Positions 13,349 through 26,362 of a stretch of 64,000 nucleotides of DNA are shown piece after piece (within the stretch, counting starts at the first letter, position 1; the number at the start of each line of letters is the position of its first letter). Position numbers and translations under genes: made by a program. Below the pieces are notes generated by a model. The model did no database searches. It saw only the letters and a program-made list of their open reading frames with translations, and was not told the origin of the DNA. Source of the stretch: Carcharhinus amblyrhynchos (taxonomy: Eukaryota); contig OZ336874.1 in NCBI GenBank assembly GCA_965287045.1, positions 46,314,001 through 46,378,000 of the forward strand, read 5' to 3'.

Positions 13349-14032
13349 GTAGGAATCTGCAGCATACTTTCACAAAGAATACTGAAAGGTGCATGCAACA
13401 CTCTAACTAAAAGCTTTGGCTGAGAGTTAACAGTTGCAATACCAACACCATAAAGTTTATACATTCTGTTTTAAATCCATGTTTTGGTGGGGTAGGGGAG
13501 GACCAAAAAGCTGCTTGGGATTTGTTCTTTAAATCCGGGAAGAATAATCAAGAACGTCAATGGTGAACCCAGGCATCTTTGAAAATAGTGGGATGGGAGA
13601 CATAGCAACACTTGGCTACTGCCTTAATGTTGAATGGAGAAAAAGACAACTCTGATCTTGGCACAAGAAGGGAAATATCTGAGTATTGACTTTTAATATC
13701 CCAACATAAATTAGACATTTGTAAATTATGTGGTCCCCTTGTGAAAATAAATACTAATTTTTCCATGAATTGGAGTTTTACATGTGTGTATTTGCATGTT
13801 TCAATTTGAGCTTTCTAGCTTACATTATGGGAGACTGCAGATTGGAGTACATTTTGAGGCCTACTCCCGTGGGCAGGTCCCTTTCAGTGAGCAAGGATGC
13901 TACTCTTTCCTACGCCACACTGATGTAATTCAATGGGCCTGCCGTTTGCACAGGATCTTGTGCAATATATCCCATGATCTTTACAGAATAACAATTATAA
14001 TTTAAACATTTCCTTTTTTTATTTCATTGCAG

Positions 14033-14141
14033 GCTCAAATTGTGCTCTTGGGAATTCTGCTGATATCCATAGTTAACTTCACCGTGGGAACTTTCATCCC
14101 AGCCAATGACAAACGGGCAAAAGGATTTTTTAATTACCAAA
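14033..14141 (+). CDS. slc12a2: NKCC1 coding exon (exon 7 equivalent, 109 bp, TM5)
   Basis: cag|GCTCAA...TACCAAA|gtatgt; [36 protein letters not shown]. Not in the ORF track; read manually. Confidence 0.96.
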
Positions 14142-16244
14142 GTATGTGAAAAATACAATAACATTTTGAATTGGGAATGGTTTTACTTTGGAACCTGCCT
14201 TCATTTAGTTCTGATAGCATGTAGACAATGCACATGTCTAGCCTTGTTATTGGAACAGCTGAATGAGGTCGGAGTTTGAAACTCTTACTTAGGGTTATGA
14301 ACCTGATGGAATATTATGGCTTCTGTGTCTAACTTCCATACCTACCTTCCTTGCAAACTTACTCCACTTTCCTTGAAGGTGTTGGTTTCTTGGAATGTAG
14401 TGTCATGCATGACCTTGTTCAAGTAGCATTTATATAAATGTCTTAATTGATTGTTGGTATAGCATCTAATGTGGAAAACACCAGATAAGACAGCACACCT
14501 AAAGTTGAACTAGGCTTCTCTAAATAACAGCTGCAGGGGTAGTTCAAAAGCAATCAGGAGCAGAGTACTGTTTTCTTTTCTCCCTAATCCAAAGCTGCTG
14601 CCATCAATGTCAATGCAATTAACCCATAAATGACTAACTCGCACAGTATAGAATGCAGATTGAACCTCACTAATCCATATGGTTTGAATACTATCTGTGC
14701 AAATCTGCTGAGTGATTGGAATAAACTGTCTTTTTAACCTCCAAATGTAATTGTCCTTTACTTTCAAAAGTAATTGTCTTTGACACTGCAGCTTCTTATT
14801 TATATAATTTGTTGATGTGCAACGTAACATTATTATTGTCTAATAATTCCTCCCAAGTCTTTGGTAATTTCCTTTCTGTGGATTTAAATAGTTGAAAGAA
14901 TCTAATGCGTTTGAGATTCCTGTTTATTGAGTTAATGGAGTTGTCTACGCATTTGTTTCCAATTCTCTTAAGGTTCAATGTTGTGACTCACCAACCCCCA
15001 GGTTTGTTTGACTAATTAGTGCTGTTGTTGTGCTGCCTTCTCTCTTCTTCCCCACCACCCTCCCTCCCTTATCCCCTGGACTAGTAATGTCAGTTTAGAC
15101 TCTTCTTGGCTTCTCCTTTCTTCTCTCCCAACCACCATTCATTGCAGTTTGTAATTATTACCTTCATGCAGCTCACACTTCATTTTAGGTGAGGTCATAT
15201 ACTGCAGAACTGCCTTGACAGGATAAGATTCTTATGACACCCTGGCTTTGCATGACTAATGCTTTTTAAAAGAAGCCTGGTAAATGTGTTCTTCTAGAGC
15301 ATGTTCTTACTGTACAGCTGCTTGGAAGGAAAAGACAGGCCTGTACCATGAGCTTTAGAAGTAGTTCAATGTCAGCCATGTAAGGCACACACCTGTCACT
15401 CCAGCTCCAATGAATGTGGATGGTTTAGTGTCAAGTTGTTGGACAGAGTACAGTTCAGGTTGTGTATCACTTTGGGAGAAGATAGTGAGCAAATCCAAAA
15501 AATTCCATTTGAATGAGGAAGTATTTATTTTTGTCTTCCTTCTTTCTCCACGTTGTTAATGTTGAAATTATACCGCAATAGAGTTCATGCTTTAAGTTGA
15601 TGATTAAGAGCAGCCGTCCCCAGTTGTCGTTAAGTTCGGGCTTCATTAGAAGAGTATATTTTAAAAAAAAGTATTCCCACAGGATGTTAGAGTGAATTGA
15701 AGGAGTCTGTGTCTTTACTGTGCAGGCTTGGAAATAAATCAGTCTTGAGGTGCAGACTGGCTTCAGATTCATTCTTTATTTAACATACTGAGATTGGATT
15801 TATCTTGCATAGCTGCATTTTCTTTCCTCTTTCCTGTTTATTCCTGAGGATACTACCCCTTTCACACAGTATTTGAAACATATTCAAGGTGACCTTTTGC
15901 CTGTATACAAAGACCTTCTTGAGATCACATCCTCGATTTTTTTTTTTTTTCTTGTCTGATTTTGCATTTATTTTGGCCAATTCTCTAGCAATTCAAATTT
16001 TTTGCCAGTCAGAAACCACTTAGTGTTCAGTTCATCCAGTCAGTGTCCAAGTGATGGTTTCCTGGACCCGAAACTGCTAGAAGTGGTATTTTCATATTAA
16101 TTTCACTCAGTTGATAGGGAGAAAACATTAATTTCAATGTAAATAACTGGTGTCATTATTGGAGGATAGAGGTTGCTAAAACTACCTGATACAGCACCCC
16201 CTCTCTGATTTTTTTTTTCATCTATGTGCTGTACTTTAGTAATA

Positions 16245-18050
16245 AGATTGAAAAATTGTGCTCCAGATATTGCCGTGTCCTTAGTTGAGCTGTTCCAATA
16301 CAGCTGCAACACTGACATCTACTCAGCAATGTGGAAAATTGCCCAGGTATGCCCTGGATAAATCCAACCCCAGCCAATTACTGCCCTGTCAGTCTCCTCT
16401 CGATCATCAGTAAAGTGATGAAAGGGATCATCGACAGTGCTATTAAGTGGCACTTACCCAGCAATAACTTGCTTAGAGATATTGAGTTTGTGTTTCACCA
16501 GGGTCACAGCTCCTGACTTCATTACAGCCTTGGTTCAAGCATGGACACTAGAACCCTGTTGAGGTCAGAGAACAGCCTGTAATATCAAGGCAGCATTTAA
16601 CCCAGTATGGCATCAAGGAGACCAAGCAAAACTGGAGTCGATGGGAATCGGGAGGAAAACTCTCCATTGGTTGGAGTCTTACCTCGCACAAAGGAAAATA
16701 GAATCATAGAAAAACTACAGCACAAACAGGCCCTTCGGCCCACAAGTTGCGCCGATCATATCTCTATCTACTAGGCTTACCTATAACCCTCAATCCTATT
16801 AAGTCCCATGTACTCATCCAGAAGTCTCTTAAAAGACCCTATCGAATTTGCCTCCACCACCACTGATGGCAGCCGATTCCACTCACCCACCACCCTCTTA
16901 GTGAAAAACTTACCCCTGATATCTCCTCTGTACCAACTCCTCAGCACCTTAAACCTGTTTCCTCTTGTGGCAGCCATTTCAGCCCTGGGAAAAAGCCTCT
17001 GAGAATCCACCCGATCAATACCTCTCAACATGTTATACACCTCTATCAGGTCCCCTCTCATCCTTCGTCTCTCCAAGGAGAAAAGACCGAGCTCTCTCAA
17101 CCTAGACTGAGCTCTCTCAACCTGAAGATGGTTGTGATTGTTGGAGACCAATCATCTCAGGCCATCACTGCAGGAGTCCCTCAGGGTAGTGTATCCTGGG
17201 CCCAACCATCTTCAGCTGCTTCTTCATTGAGCTTCCTTCCATCTTAAGATCCAAAGTGGAGATGTCCGTTGATATGCACAATGTTTATCGTTCACTACTC
17301 AGATACTGAAGCAGCCAGCAAGACCCGAACAATATCCAGCTTTGGGCTAAGAAGTGCCCAATAATGTGCGTCACATGAGCTAGGCAATGACCATCTCCCA
17401 ACTAGTCAGATCTAACCATTGCTTCTTTGACATTCAATGACACAACCATCACTGAATCCCCCACTAGCAGAAACTTTGGCTATAAGAGCAGGTCACAGCC
17501 TAGGAATCCTGCGGCAAGTAACTCGCCTCTTTTGACTCCCTACCATCTACAGGGCATAAGCCAGGAGTATTATGGAATATTGTCCACTTACCAGATGAGT
17601 GTAACTCCAATAACACTCGAAGCTTGACAATACCGAGGACCAAGCAGCCCACTTGATTGGCACCCCATCCACAAGCATTCATTCCCTCCACTGCCAGCAC
17701 ACAGTGGCAGCAGTGTGCACCATCTACAAGATTCATTGCAGGAACTCACCAGGGCTTCTTTGACAACACTCTCCAAACCCACTACCATCTGGAAGGGCAA
17801 AGGCAGCAGATACATGGGAACACTGCCAGGTGCAACTCCAAGTCACTCACTATCCTGACTCTGAAATATATCGTTGTTCCTTCACTGTTGCTGGGTAAAA
17901 TTCCTGGAATTTCTTTCCTAATAACGTACATGTACCTACATTACATAGATGGTTTACGAAGGCAGCTCACCCCCGTCACCACCTTGAGGACATTTAGGGA
18001 TGGGCAATAAATGCTGACTTAGCCAGTGACACCCACTTCCCATGAATAAA
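16245..18050 (+). mobile_element. Degenerate non-LTR retrotransposon (CR1/L2 group, clade unresolved): RT and 3' tail
   Basis: NPTPANYCPVSLLSIISKVM (ORF 16331), GGAGTCCCTCAGGGTAGT (GVPQGS) and the tail TTAGGGATGGGCAATAAATGCT. Split by a CR1 at 16698-17123. Confidence 0.8.
16698..17123 (-). mobile_element. Young short CR1 3' fragment nested in an older LINE
   Basis: ORF 16777..17151 reads LRELGLFSLERRRMRGDLIEVY...FFTKRVVGEWN. The host reading GCACAAAGGAA|GATGGTTGTG resumes after it. Confidence 0.92.
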
Positions 18051-18439
18051 CTTAAACCATCCATTTCCACAGGTATTCTGCTGATATTCAACTTGACCTC
18101 ACCACCATGAATGTGGGTATTCTTGCCTGCTTCTATTGTATTCACCTGGGTGTACATATGAGACGCCATTCTGTATTGTGTAGCCATTGGCTTCTGATTT
18201 GTCAGATTGCTTGGTCAACTACCAATACAGACGAGCAGAAATTTTCTCTCATTGGTTTTGGCTTCCCAAAATTTATTGTGTCTTTGGTCCCTGTGTAATC
18301 TCCTCCCTAGCTCCCTACTCTGTGCCTATAAGATATATAAGGCTGAATCAAGCTGTTTGTAAAGTTGTTTTGTATTTGATCCAGTGATGAGCTTTCTGCT
18401 ACACGTTCACATTTATTATCAAGATCATCCTTGTTATAG

Positions 18440-18990
18440 TTCTTGACTCTGTCCCTACCTCAACTTATTGGCTGCTGAAACACTCATCAATGCTTTTATT
18501 ATGCCTACACTTAGCTAGTTATAAGACATGCCCTGGCTGGCTTTGCATATTCTACCCTCCGTAAGCCATCCAAAGCTACTGTGTCCTTAATCAGATCAAG
18601 TCCCATTCAGCCCTGTTGTTGCTGATCAATATTGGCTACTAATTAAGTAACCACTTATTTTTAATTCTCAACTTTTATTTTCAAATTTCTCCATGGCCTT
18701 GTGCCTCCTCATTTCTGTAAGGCTTGAACCCTCCGAGGTATCTGTGCACCTTTTTGTCTCTTGTTGAGTATCCCAATTTTAGTCACTCCAATTCAGCTGC
18801 CAAGGCCCTACGTTCTGCAATTCCATCCCCCAAACATGTTTGTGCGTGTCTGTCTCTGTTCTTTACATTTGACCACGTTTATTTATTGACCCAATATCTC
18901 CTTATGTGCTCCTATCTAATTTTGTTTAATGTTCCTTTAAAGAGTTGTGGGATGTTTAATAATGTTATAGGTGCTTTTTAAATACTTGTT
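18440..18990 (+). mobile_element. L2-type LINE 3' fragment
   Basis: GCTGCTGAAACACTCATCAATGCTTTT (AAETLINAF, similar to L2 AETLIHAF), then a pyrimidine-rich 3' region and an L2-like tail. Confidence 0.65.
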
Positions 18991-19157
18991 GAGTACAGAT
19001 GTTGACATTGATGGAAGCAGATAATGAAGGAAATCTGTTTATAAAGCCGATGGCAGACCTTTTTAGTTGAAAACAGAAATATATGGGGTGACTGAATACT
19101 TTACATCTCTCTTTCTTTGTGCCATATAGCAGTTTGTCTGCCAGTTATCAAAGGTGT

Positions 19158-19370
19158 CCATGATGTGGAGATACTGACATTGGACTGGGGTGGGCACAGT
19201 AAGAAGTCTCTTAATACCAGGTGAAAATCCAACAAGTTTATTTGGAATCATGAGCTTTCAGAGTGCTGCTCCTTCATCATCAGGTGAGTGATGAAGGAGC
19301 AGCACTCCAAAAGCTCATGATGCCAAATAAACCTGTTGGACTTTCATTTGGTGTTGTGAGACTTCTTACA
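19158..19370. mobile_element. Penelope-like palindromic (inverted pseudo-LTR) element with a 13-bp TSD
   Basis: Imperfect palindrome 19199-19369 centred near 19284, flanked by TTATCAAAGGTGT (19145-19157) and TTATCAAAGCTGT (19371-19383). Carries a TGATGAAGGAGCAGCACTC-GAAAGCT core. Confidence 0.75.
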
Positions 19371-20201
19371 TTATCAAAGCTGTGACAGTGAGTGTGGAGA
19401 ACTATGCACATCCTTTTCTCACAGAAGGAAATTTACCTTTGACACTGGTGCGCGTCCAGCGTGAAATGGTTGTTCAAGGAATAGCAACTGCATTGTTGCG
19501 ACATGATCTTAAGATTTGCATCTTTAGAATTGTCTCCATTGCTCATTTGTATTTTTACTTCCAATCACGCTTCAACATTGTCCAGTCCTTTTCTCTATGA
19601 CTTAATGACACTGGTGTTCTGGGCACTTGAATACAGCTCATGTTGGGTGCATGCCAATATGGTTCTGCTAAATGCAGTCAACTGCTGAGAATTTGTCAGG
19701 GCAAAGTCCGTACACGTAGCTGAGTAATGACAAGTTGCTCTGGGGACTTGACACATAATTATTTCCAAATGGAGACCCTTGCTCCTTTGCCCTTGGCTGA
19801 TTTTGTCCTATTTGTTCCAGGGGAAAAATAAGGAAGGCTGTAGTACTAATGAGCTTAGTTAACTTGTATTGCAATGTGGTGTGTCAAAGTTTTGGATAAA
19901 ATCAATCCCTTATATTGCTTCTTAAGCCTTTTACATTTCAGCAGACCTAATGATATGACAGATGTTCTTGCAGCCCAGACCCCTCCACAGATTATTGTGT
20001 GTTGAGGACATGATGCAAGAATAAACCCACATAGGTAGACCCAACTTAATGTGTATGAGACATTTAGAATATTGTGCATATGATGATAACAATGAACATC
20101 GAAACCAGGGAATTTCTGATCCTTAAATTATATTGAAAAACTACATTTATTGGCATGGTGGCTTAAATTGGAAATAGTTTGGGAAAATTTTTTTGTTGTA
20201 A

Positions 20202-20432
<231 letters not shown>

Positions 20433-20979
20433 TAATGACTAATTTATTCTGTGAGGGCTTGAAACACACCTTTTTATGTCATTATTGCCAGATTTTAGTA
20501 TTGCGTGACAAGTGCAAGAGATATTTTTAGGAAACAACAGTGAGATATTAGGATTATCTGAAATTAAATTATATTTCTTTGTTGTACAGATAATAGTCTA
20601 CATGTAACAAACTGCATCAGTTTACATCATAGTAAAGCGAATGGTTGCTGTTGTTGTCCTTGAGCATGTATTTGACACTTTGTGTATTTTTCAATATCAG
20701 CCACCTCTGATAGTTATCCCTTTGCTCTGAGCTTTCTGAAAACCTACATTTTTAGTCAACAATATTTGGCTTGGTGTCAATTTTTAACCTGATTATATTT
20801 ACATAGTGTCTTGGCACACTTTACTACATTAAAGATGCTATTTAAGTGCAACTTATTATTATCGCACAAAGCTTTTAGCTAGTAGATTCCGAATTCATCT
20901 GAGGCAGTACTTACTGCGCTGTGGACAGCAGATTGAGTTTTATGTTCACCTTTCCCACAACTCGATCTTTGAACTTGTC

Positions 20980-22060
20980 AAATTAGTTTTCAACCCCTTG
21001 TACAGTAATGAAACAGCCCTCACCAATGTCACAAATGACATCCTTATGACTGTGACCACAGTGATTCATTCCTCCTCAAAATTCTCTTATCTTTCTGCAG
21101 CATTTGACAGAATTAAGCCCACCATCCCCCTGCAGTGTTACTCTTTTGTTATCTGACTGGGTGGGATTCCCCTTGCCTGGCTTCCTGCCTATCTATTTAG
21201 TCATAGTCAGAAAATGACCTGTCATGGGGCTTCACTTCTGCACTCACTGTTTTGTCTGTGAATTGAAGGATCTATCCTCAGCTGCTCCCATTTCTCATCT
21301 ATTGGATGCTCCGCAGCAATGTCAGATTTCACATGTTTGCTGGCAACACCCAGCACTGCCTCACTACGACTCGACATTTTTCACTGCCTCTGATTTGTCA
21401 TGATTAGACTGATCTCCAGGATATCTGAATATGGGAAATTACTCCGATTATATATTGGGAAATGAAAGGCATTGTCTTTGGTCTGCATCACAAACTCTGT
21501 TTGATAGTCATGGACTTCATCCCTTGACCAGAAAAAAATCTACGGTGAATCTGACTTCTTGCATCTTTTGACCCTGAGCTGAGCTGCTGACCCCTTGTCC
21601 TCACCATCATCAAAGCTGTCATTTCCACTTTCTATAACATGGCCAATCTGTGCTGTTGTCTCAGCCCATCCACGCCATTGTTAGCTCCAGGCTTGATCAT
21701 TCCAATGTTCTCCTGCCCTTCGCTTACCACACTTTATAAACTTCAGCTTGTCCAAAACTATAAATTCATATCCAAGCTCTGACCAAATTTCAGGTGCTCA
21801 TTACCATTGTGCTTGCTGATCCACATTTGGCTCCTGTTCTATCAAAATCTTGATTTTAAAAATTCTCAGCCTGTGGTTTAAAATCATCGTGGCTGCACCT
21901 GCTAAATATTGCTAATATTTTCCAAACTTGCAACCTCTCCAAGGATCTTTTACTCTTCTCCTATATTTTGTCTTTACCCTAGCATGAACGGTGTGTGTTC
22001 AGCTGCCTAGATTCTAAGCTTTGGAATTCTGCTCCTAAAACTTTTCTCTGTCCCCACTTC
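20980..22060 (+). mobile_element. L2-type LINE RT fragment, old
   Basis: AGTAATGAAACAGCCCTCACCAATGTCACAAATGACATCCTT (similar to HSTETALxKVTNDIL), CTTTCTGCAGCATTTGAC (LSAAFD), CACATGTTTGCTGGCAACACCCAG (similar to HMYADDTQ). Confidence 0.75.
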
Positions 22061-22879
22061 TGTGCCGTGCCCCTCCCCCTTTATTTTAGGTTCATATAGG
22101 AACACATCATTGAGACTAATTGCAATCTTGTGCTTTTCATCTGTTTCAATCCATTTGCAAGTTTTAGTATTCTGTCGTCTTTTTGGCAGTCCTTTTGCTT
22201 TTGTGTTACTGAGAACTAATTACTGTCATGCTTTGTCTTGCATTTATCCATTTCTCTTTGGCACTCTGCCCTTTCAGCTTGTTTTGCAGGTTCATATTTA
22301 TCCCGATGAGCTCCCTTTTTTTTCCCCTGTATGTCATGTAAGGATTAGTTTTTCTTTTTGACCATTTTTGATTGCTTGATCCATTTAAATTTGTCTTTGC
22401 TTGTTGATTTTACGCCGATATTTATCCTGCATGCCTGGTATTATTCATTTATCTGTGCTAGCTTTCTCTTCAATGGAAATGATGTTGGGCGCCCTGCTCA
22501 ACATGTTTTAATGTTTCCTTCCTGTTTTAATTTAGCTCTTCTAGTTATAAACCTGTGATAATGAGGAAGGTTTATTCGATCCAGATCATGTTAATCTTAA
22601 TCCTGCACTCTGTCACCCTGCCTGTCTCCCAGGTCAAGATCAGAACTGTCTCTTGTGACTTCCATTAGGCTCTTGAGCTAATGAAGTTGTATTCTAATTA
22701 AATTTACCAATTCTGATCCAACTTGTATATGGTGCAGATTTGTTGGTCATTAAAGTAACTTGCCCTGTTCTTGCACGCCAATCTCTTGGTAGAACAAATG
22801 TTGTTGTAAATATTTGTACAGCCTTCTTAATACTGGAGAGAAATATTTTTGTGTTAAATGATGTACTTTTTTTTTAAAG

Positions 22880-22964
22880 GACCCACAATTAGCCATACCA
22901 AAAGGCACACTCTTGGCTATTTTAATCACCACAATAGTCTATGCAGGAGCTGCTGTTTCTACCG
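22880..22964 (+). CDS. slc12a2: NKCC1 coding exon (exon 9 equivalent, 85 bp, TM7)
   Basis: aag|GACCCA...TCTACCG|gtaagg; [28 protein letters not shown](G). Read manually. Confidence 0.96.
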
Positions 22965-23164
22965 GTAAGGATTCTCTGTGTTCAAAATCTTTTAATTTAA
23001 AGATGATGTATCAAATAAAAATGAATGTATATTTCCATACAGGCTTTGCAATGAGATTTTTGTTTTCATTGTTTTCTTGCATTTAATAATTTTGAATTCT
23101 GTTCAGAAGTGGATTGCAGAATGGTTGTTTTCACAATACAATGATTATGGTCGGGTATTTCTTT

Positions 23165-23485
23165 AAACAGGGTCATAATCTCAAGGGCACCGAGAGAAGT
23201 GTGTGGGATGTGGGGCACAAAATGAGGTGAAATTTAGAACCAAGATGAGGACAAATTTCTTCAGCCAAAGGATGGTGAATCTGTGGAATTCATTGCCATA
23301 GAAGATAGTGGAGGCCACGCATTGGGTGTGTTTAAGACCGAGATAGATAGGTTCTTGATTGGTAAGGGGATCAAAGGGTATGGGGAAAAGGCAGGAGAAT
23401 GGGGTTGAGAAACATGTCAGCTATGATCAAATGATGGAGCAGATGTGATGGGCTGAAAGGCCTAATTCTGCTATACCTTATGACC
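23165..23485 (+). mobile_element. CR1 3' end fragment
   Basis: GATGAGGACAAATTTCTTCAGCCAAAGGATGGTGAATCTGTGGAATTC...GGCCTAATTCTGCT tail. Confidence 0.85.
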
Positions 23486-25179
23486 TAACTAGATCATTTT
23501 AATCTCTTAAGTCAGAATTGTTTGCAGCAGCTGTTTCATCCAATGTATATTTTTCTTTGCTTTCAAACTAAGTTGCATCAAAATTTTTATTTAACAACAA
23601 AACGGTGTGTTTTATATTAATCAGATGCTGATTAGATTTCTAACATTTGTTTAATTGGTTCTTGCATAATTGTACGTTTCCAAATTTTTTAATTCCTGCA
23701 GATTTTTATAATTATGGATTTGTCTGATAGCTATCTTTCTGTGCTTGTGAGCATTCTTGAGCATGAAAAGTGCTTGTCTTTTATATATCGCTCAAGGCAA
23801 TAAACAATCTACATGTCGGAGTTCAGAATTAACTTTTTGAAGTACAAGATGGACAATTGTTTATCAGTGTGACCCATTCCCATGACCTTTTTTGTTACTT
23901 ACTAATCTCATTAGGGAATTAGTACATCCATCACTCCTTTCTTTAAAAAACCTCAAATATTCTGATGACGAGTTGATTATTAACTCCTATAACTCCCTAC
24001 ATTCTTGCATTAGTTTCGTAGCCAGCTGGTGGGTGTCAATAGCAAAAGAATGAAATGTGCAATTAAACCTGGAACATTGATTCCCTTGAATAATCTGAAA
24101 ATGCTTTAATGATGGCAAAATTCATTTGTAATAGCCATAAAAAGGAAAGGTACCTCCTAATAAATGGGAATTCTGTATACCAAGTAGTGTTGTGTAGAAT
24201 TCTGTGTACTAAATTGTGCTACTGACCAACAAAACAAAACAACTGTTCTCACCATTCTCCTGGGACACTCAATTTTGCTGTGGTTTAGTAGCTGCTTTCA
24301 TGGGGGAGGATTGGCTATTGCTGCTGGGACCTGAAACATCTTTGTTACACATGGGATTTCTTTTTGTATCATTAAAAAGCTGTGGGGTTTGAAATGTTAG
24401 TGTTCTTGCAGGTCTATTTTAAGAGTGCTGAAACATTGATTTATGGAAGAGACTGTCTCAACTGGAAAGACTCAAAATGAAACTCTTTCTGGCTGGGAAG
24501 TGGCCAGTCTTCAGAAATAATATAATGATTAAAAGTAATATATTATGGAATCTTAATATCTAAATGGGAAATTTCTTGTACGATTAAAATAATACCATTT
24601 TGCTTTTTAACGTTGTCATCTGAGCTTTTAAGTTATTACAGCAATGCTTTGATATGTTTGGTGATAGCTAATCCAAGATTGAGTAACAAAATCGTGGCTT
24701 AAAGAGTGCCAACATGACTCTCAAAAGTTAGTAAACACATTTTTAATTATGTTGTAAAATAAGATGAGCTAAAAGGCTTTAATGAATAGTTTGCTTAAAT
24801 ATTACTATAGGTGATGTATTTTTTAAACTTTAACATTTGATTAATTTTTATAAAGCCACTTAGCCTTGCATTTCTTTTCAGAAAAGTGCATTTTCATTTC
24901 TAAATTATCTCTTAACTAAATACATTACCAAAGATGTCATGTTCTTTATATTGAGCCTATAGGGCAGGTTCAATTTGTCCTACACTGATGTCTAAAATCA
25001 TTTATGTTTTTAATATTACCAACCGGCAATTCTTCCATGGACAGGAGTGAAGAAATTTCTTGTAGCTCCTGTTTACTCAGACTATCCCAATAACAACTGG
25101 GATTCAAACAATATAAAGGACGTTGAGGGAAAAGAATTCTTGCAACATGTCCAGGAAAAACTTTTCACAAGTAGGCTTA

Positions 25180-26362
25180 CATGAACACTGCAATGAGGCT
25201 ACTGTGAAAATCCCCTAGTTGCCATACTCCAGTGCCTGCTCAGGTACACAGAGAGAATTTAGCATGGCCAATGCATCTGGCCAGCACGTCTTTGCACTGT
25301 GGAAGGAAACTGGAGCGTCCAGAGGAAACCCATGCAGACGTGGGGAGAATGTGCAAACTCCACACAGAACATAAGAACATAAGAAATAGGAGCAGGAGTA
25401 GGCCATCCAGCCCTTCGAGCCTGCTCCGCCATTCAATAAGATCATGGCTGATCTGTCGCGGCTCAGTTCCACCTTCCCGCCCTCTCCCCATAACCCTCAA
25501 TCCCCCCTCTTATCAAAAACCCATCAACCCGCGTCTTAAAAATATTTAGCGAGGCAGCCTCCACCACTTCAACGGGCAGAGAATTCCAGAGATTCACCAC
25601 CCTTTGAGTGAAGAAGTTCCTCCTCAACTCCGTTCTAAACCGCCCCCCCTTTATCTTGAGGCTGTGCCCCCTAGTCCTACTGTCCTTTCTGAGCGGGAAG
25701 AGTCTCTCCACCTCTATCCTATCCATCCCATTCATCATCTTATATGTCTCAATGAGATCTCCCCTCATTCTTCTAAACTCTAACGAGTACAAGCCTAGTT
25801 TATTCAGCCTCTCCTCATAGCTCAACCCCCTCAACTCCGGTATCAGCCTAGTAAACCTCCTCTGCACTCCCTCCAAGGCCAAAATATCTTTGCACAGGTA
25901 CGGCGCTCAAAACTGCACACAGTACTCCAGCTGCGGCCTCACCAATGCCCTATACAGCTGCAGCAAGACCTCCCTACTTTTATATTCAATCCCCCTCGCT
26001 ATGAAGGCCAGCATCCCATTCGCCTTCCTGACCACCTGCTGCACCTGCAAGCTGGGTTTTTGTGACTCGTGCACAAGGACCCCGAGATCCCTCTGCATCG
26101 TCGCCTGCTGCAGTTTTTTGCCCCGTAAGTAATAGTCCTTCCTACCATTATTCCTACCAAAGTGGACCACCTCACACTTGCCAACATTAAATTCCATTTG
26201 CCATTTCCTGGCCCATTCGCCCAGCCTATCTAGATCCTTCTGCAGACTCTCCACACCCTCCGCACAATTTGCCGTTCCCCCAATCTTGGTGTCAGACAGT
26301 GGCCCAAGCCAGGAATGGAACCTGGGTCCCTGGCACTGAGAGGCAGCAGTGCCAACCATTGC
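25180..26362 (-). mobile_element. V-SINE (HE1-like), split in two by a CR1 insertion
   Basis: 25250-25368 is the reverse complement of the V-domain (GTGTGGAGTTTGCACATTCTCCCC..GGGTTTCCTC..). 26293-26362 is the tRNA-like head (GCACTGCTGCCTC..CCAGGGACCCAGGTTC). Confidence 0.85.
25366..26294 (-). mobile_element. Young CR1 (subfamily Y), 5'-truncated, (TTCTTATG)n tail
   Basis: ORFs 25907..26374 and 25463..25882; near-identical to 48454-49372. Confidence 0.95.

Noticed and set aside
26293-26362. tRNA genes (also at 29445 and 37620-37695)
   Set aside because: These are SINE heads with A/B-box remnants attached to SINE bodies; no complete cloverleaf.
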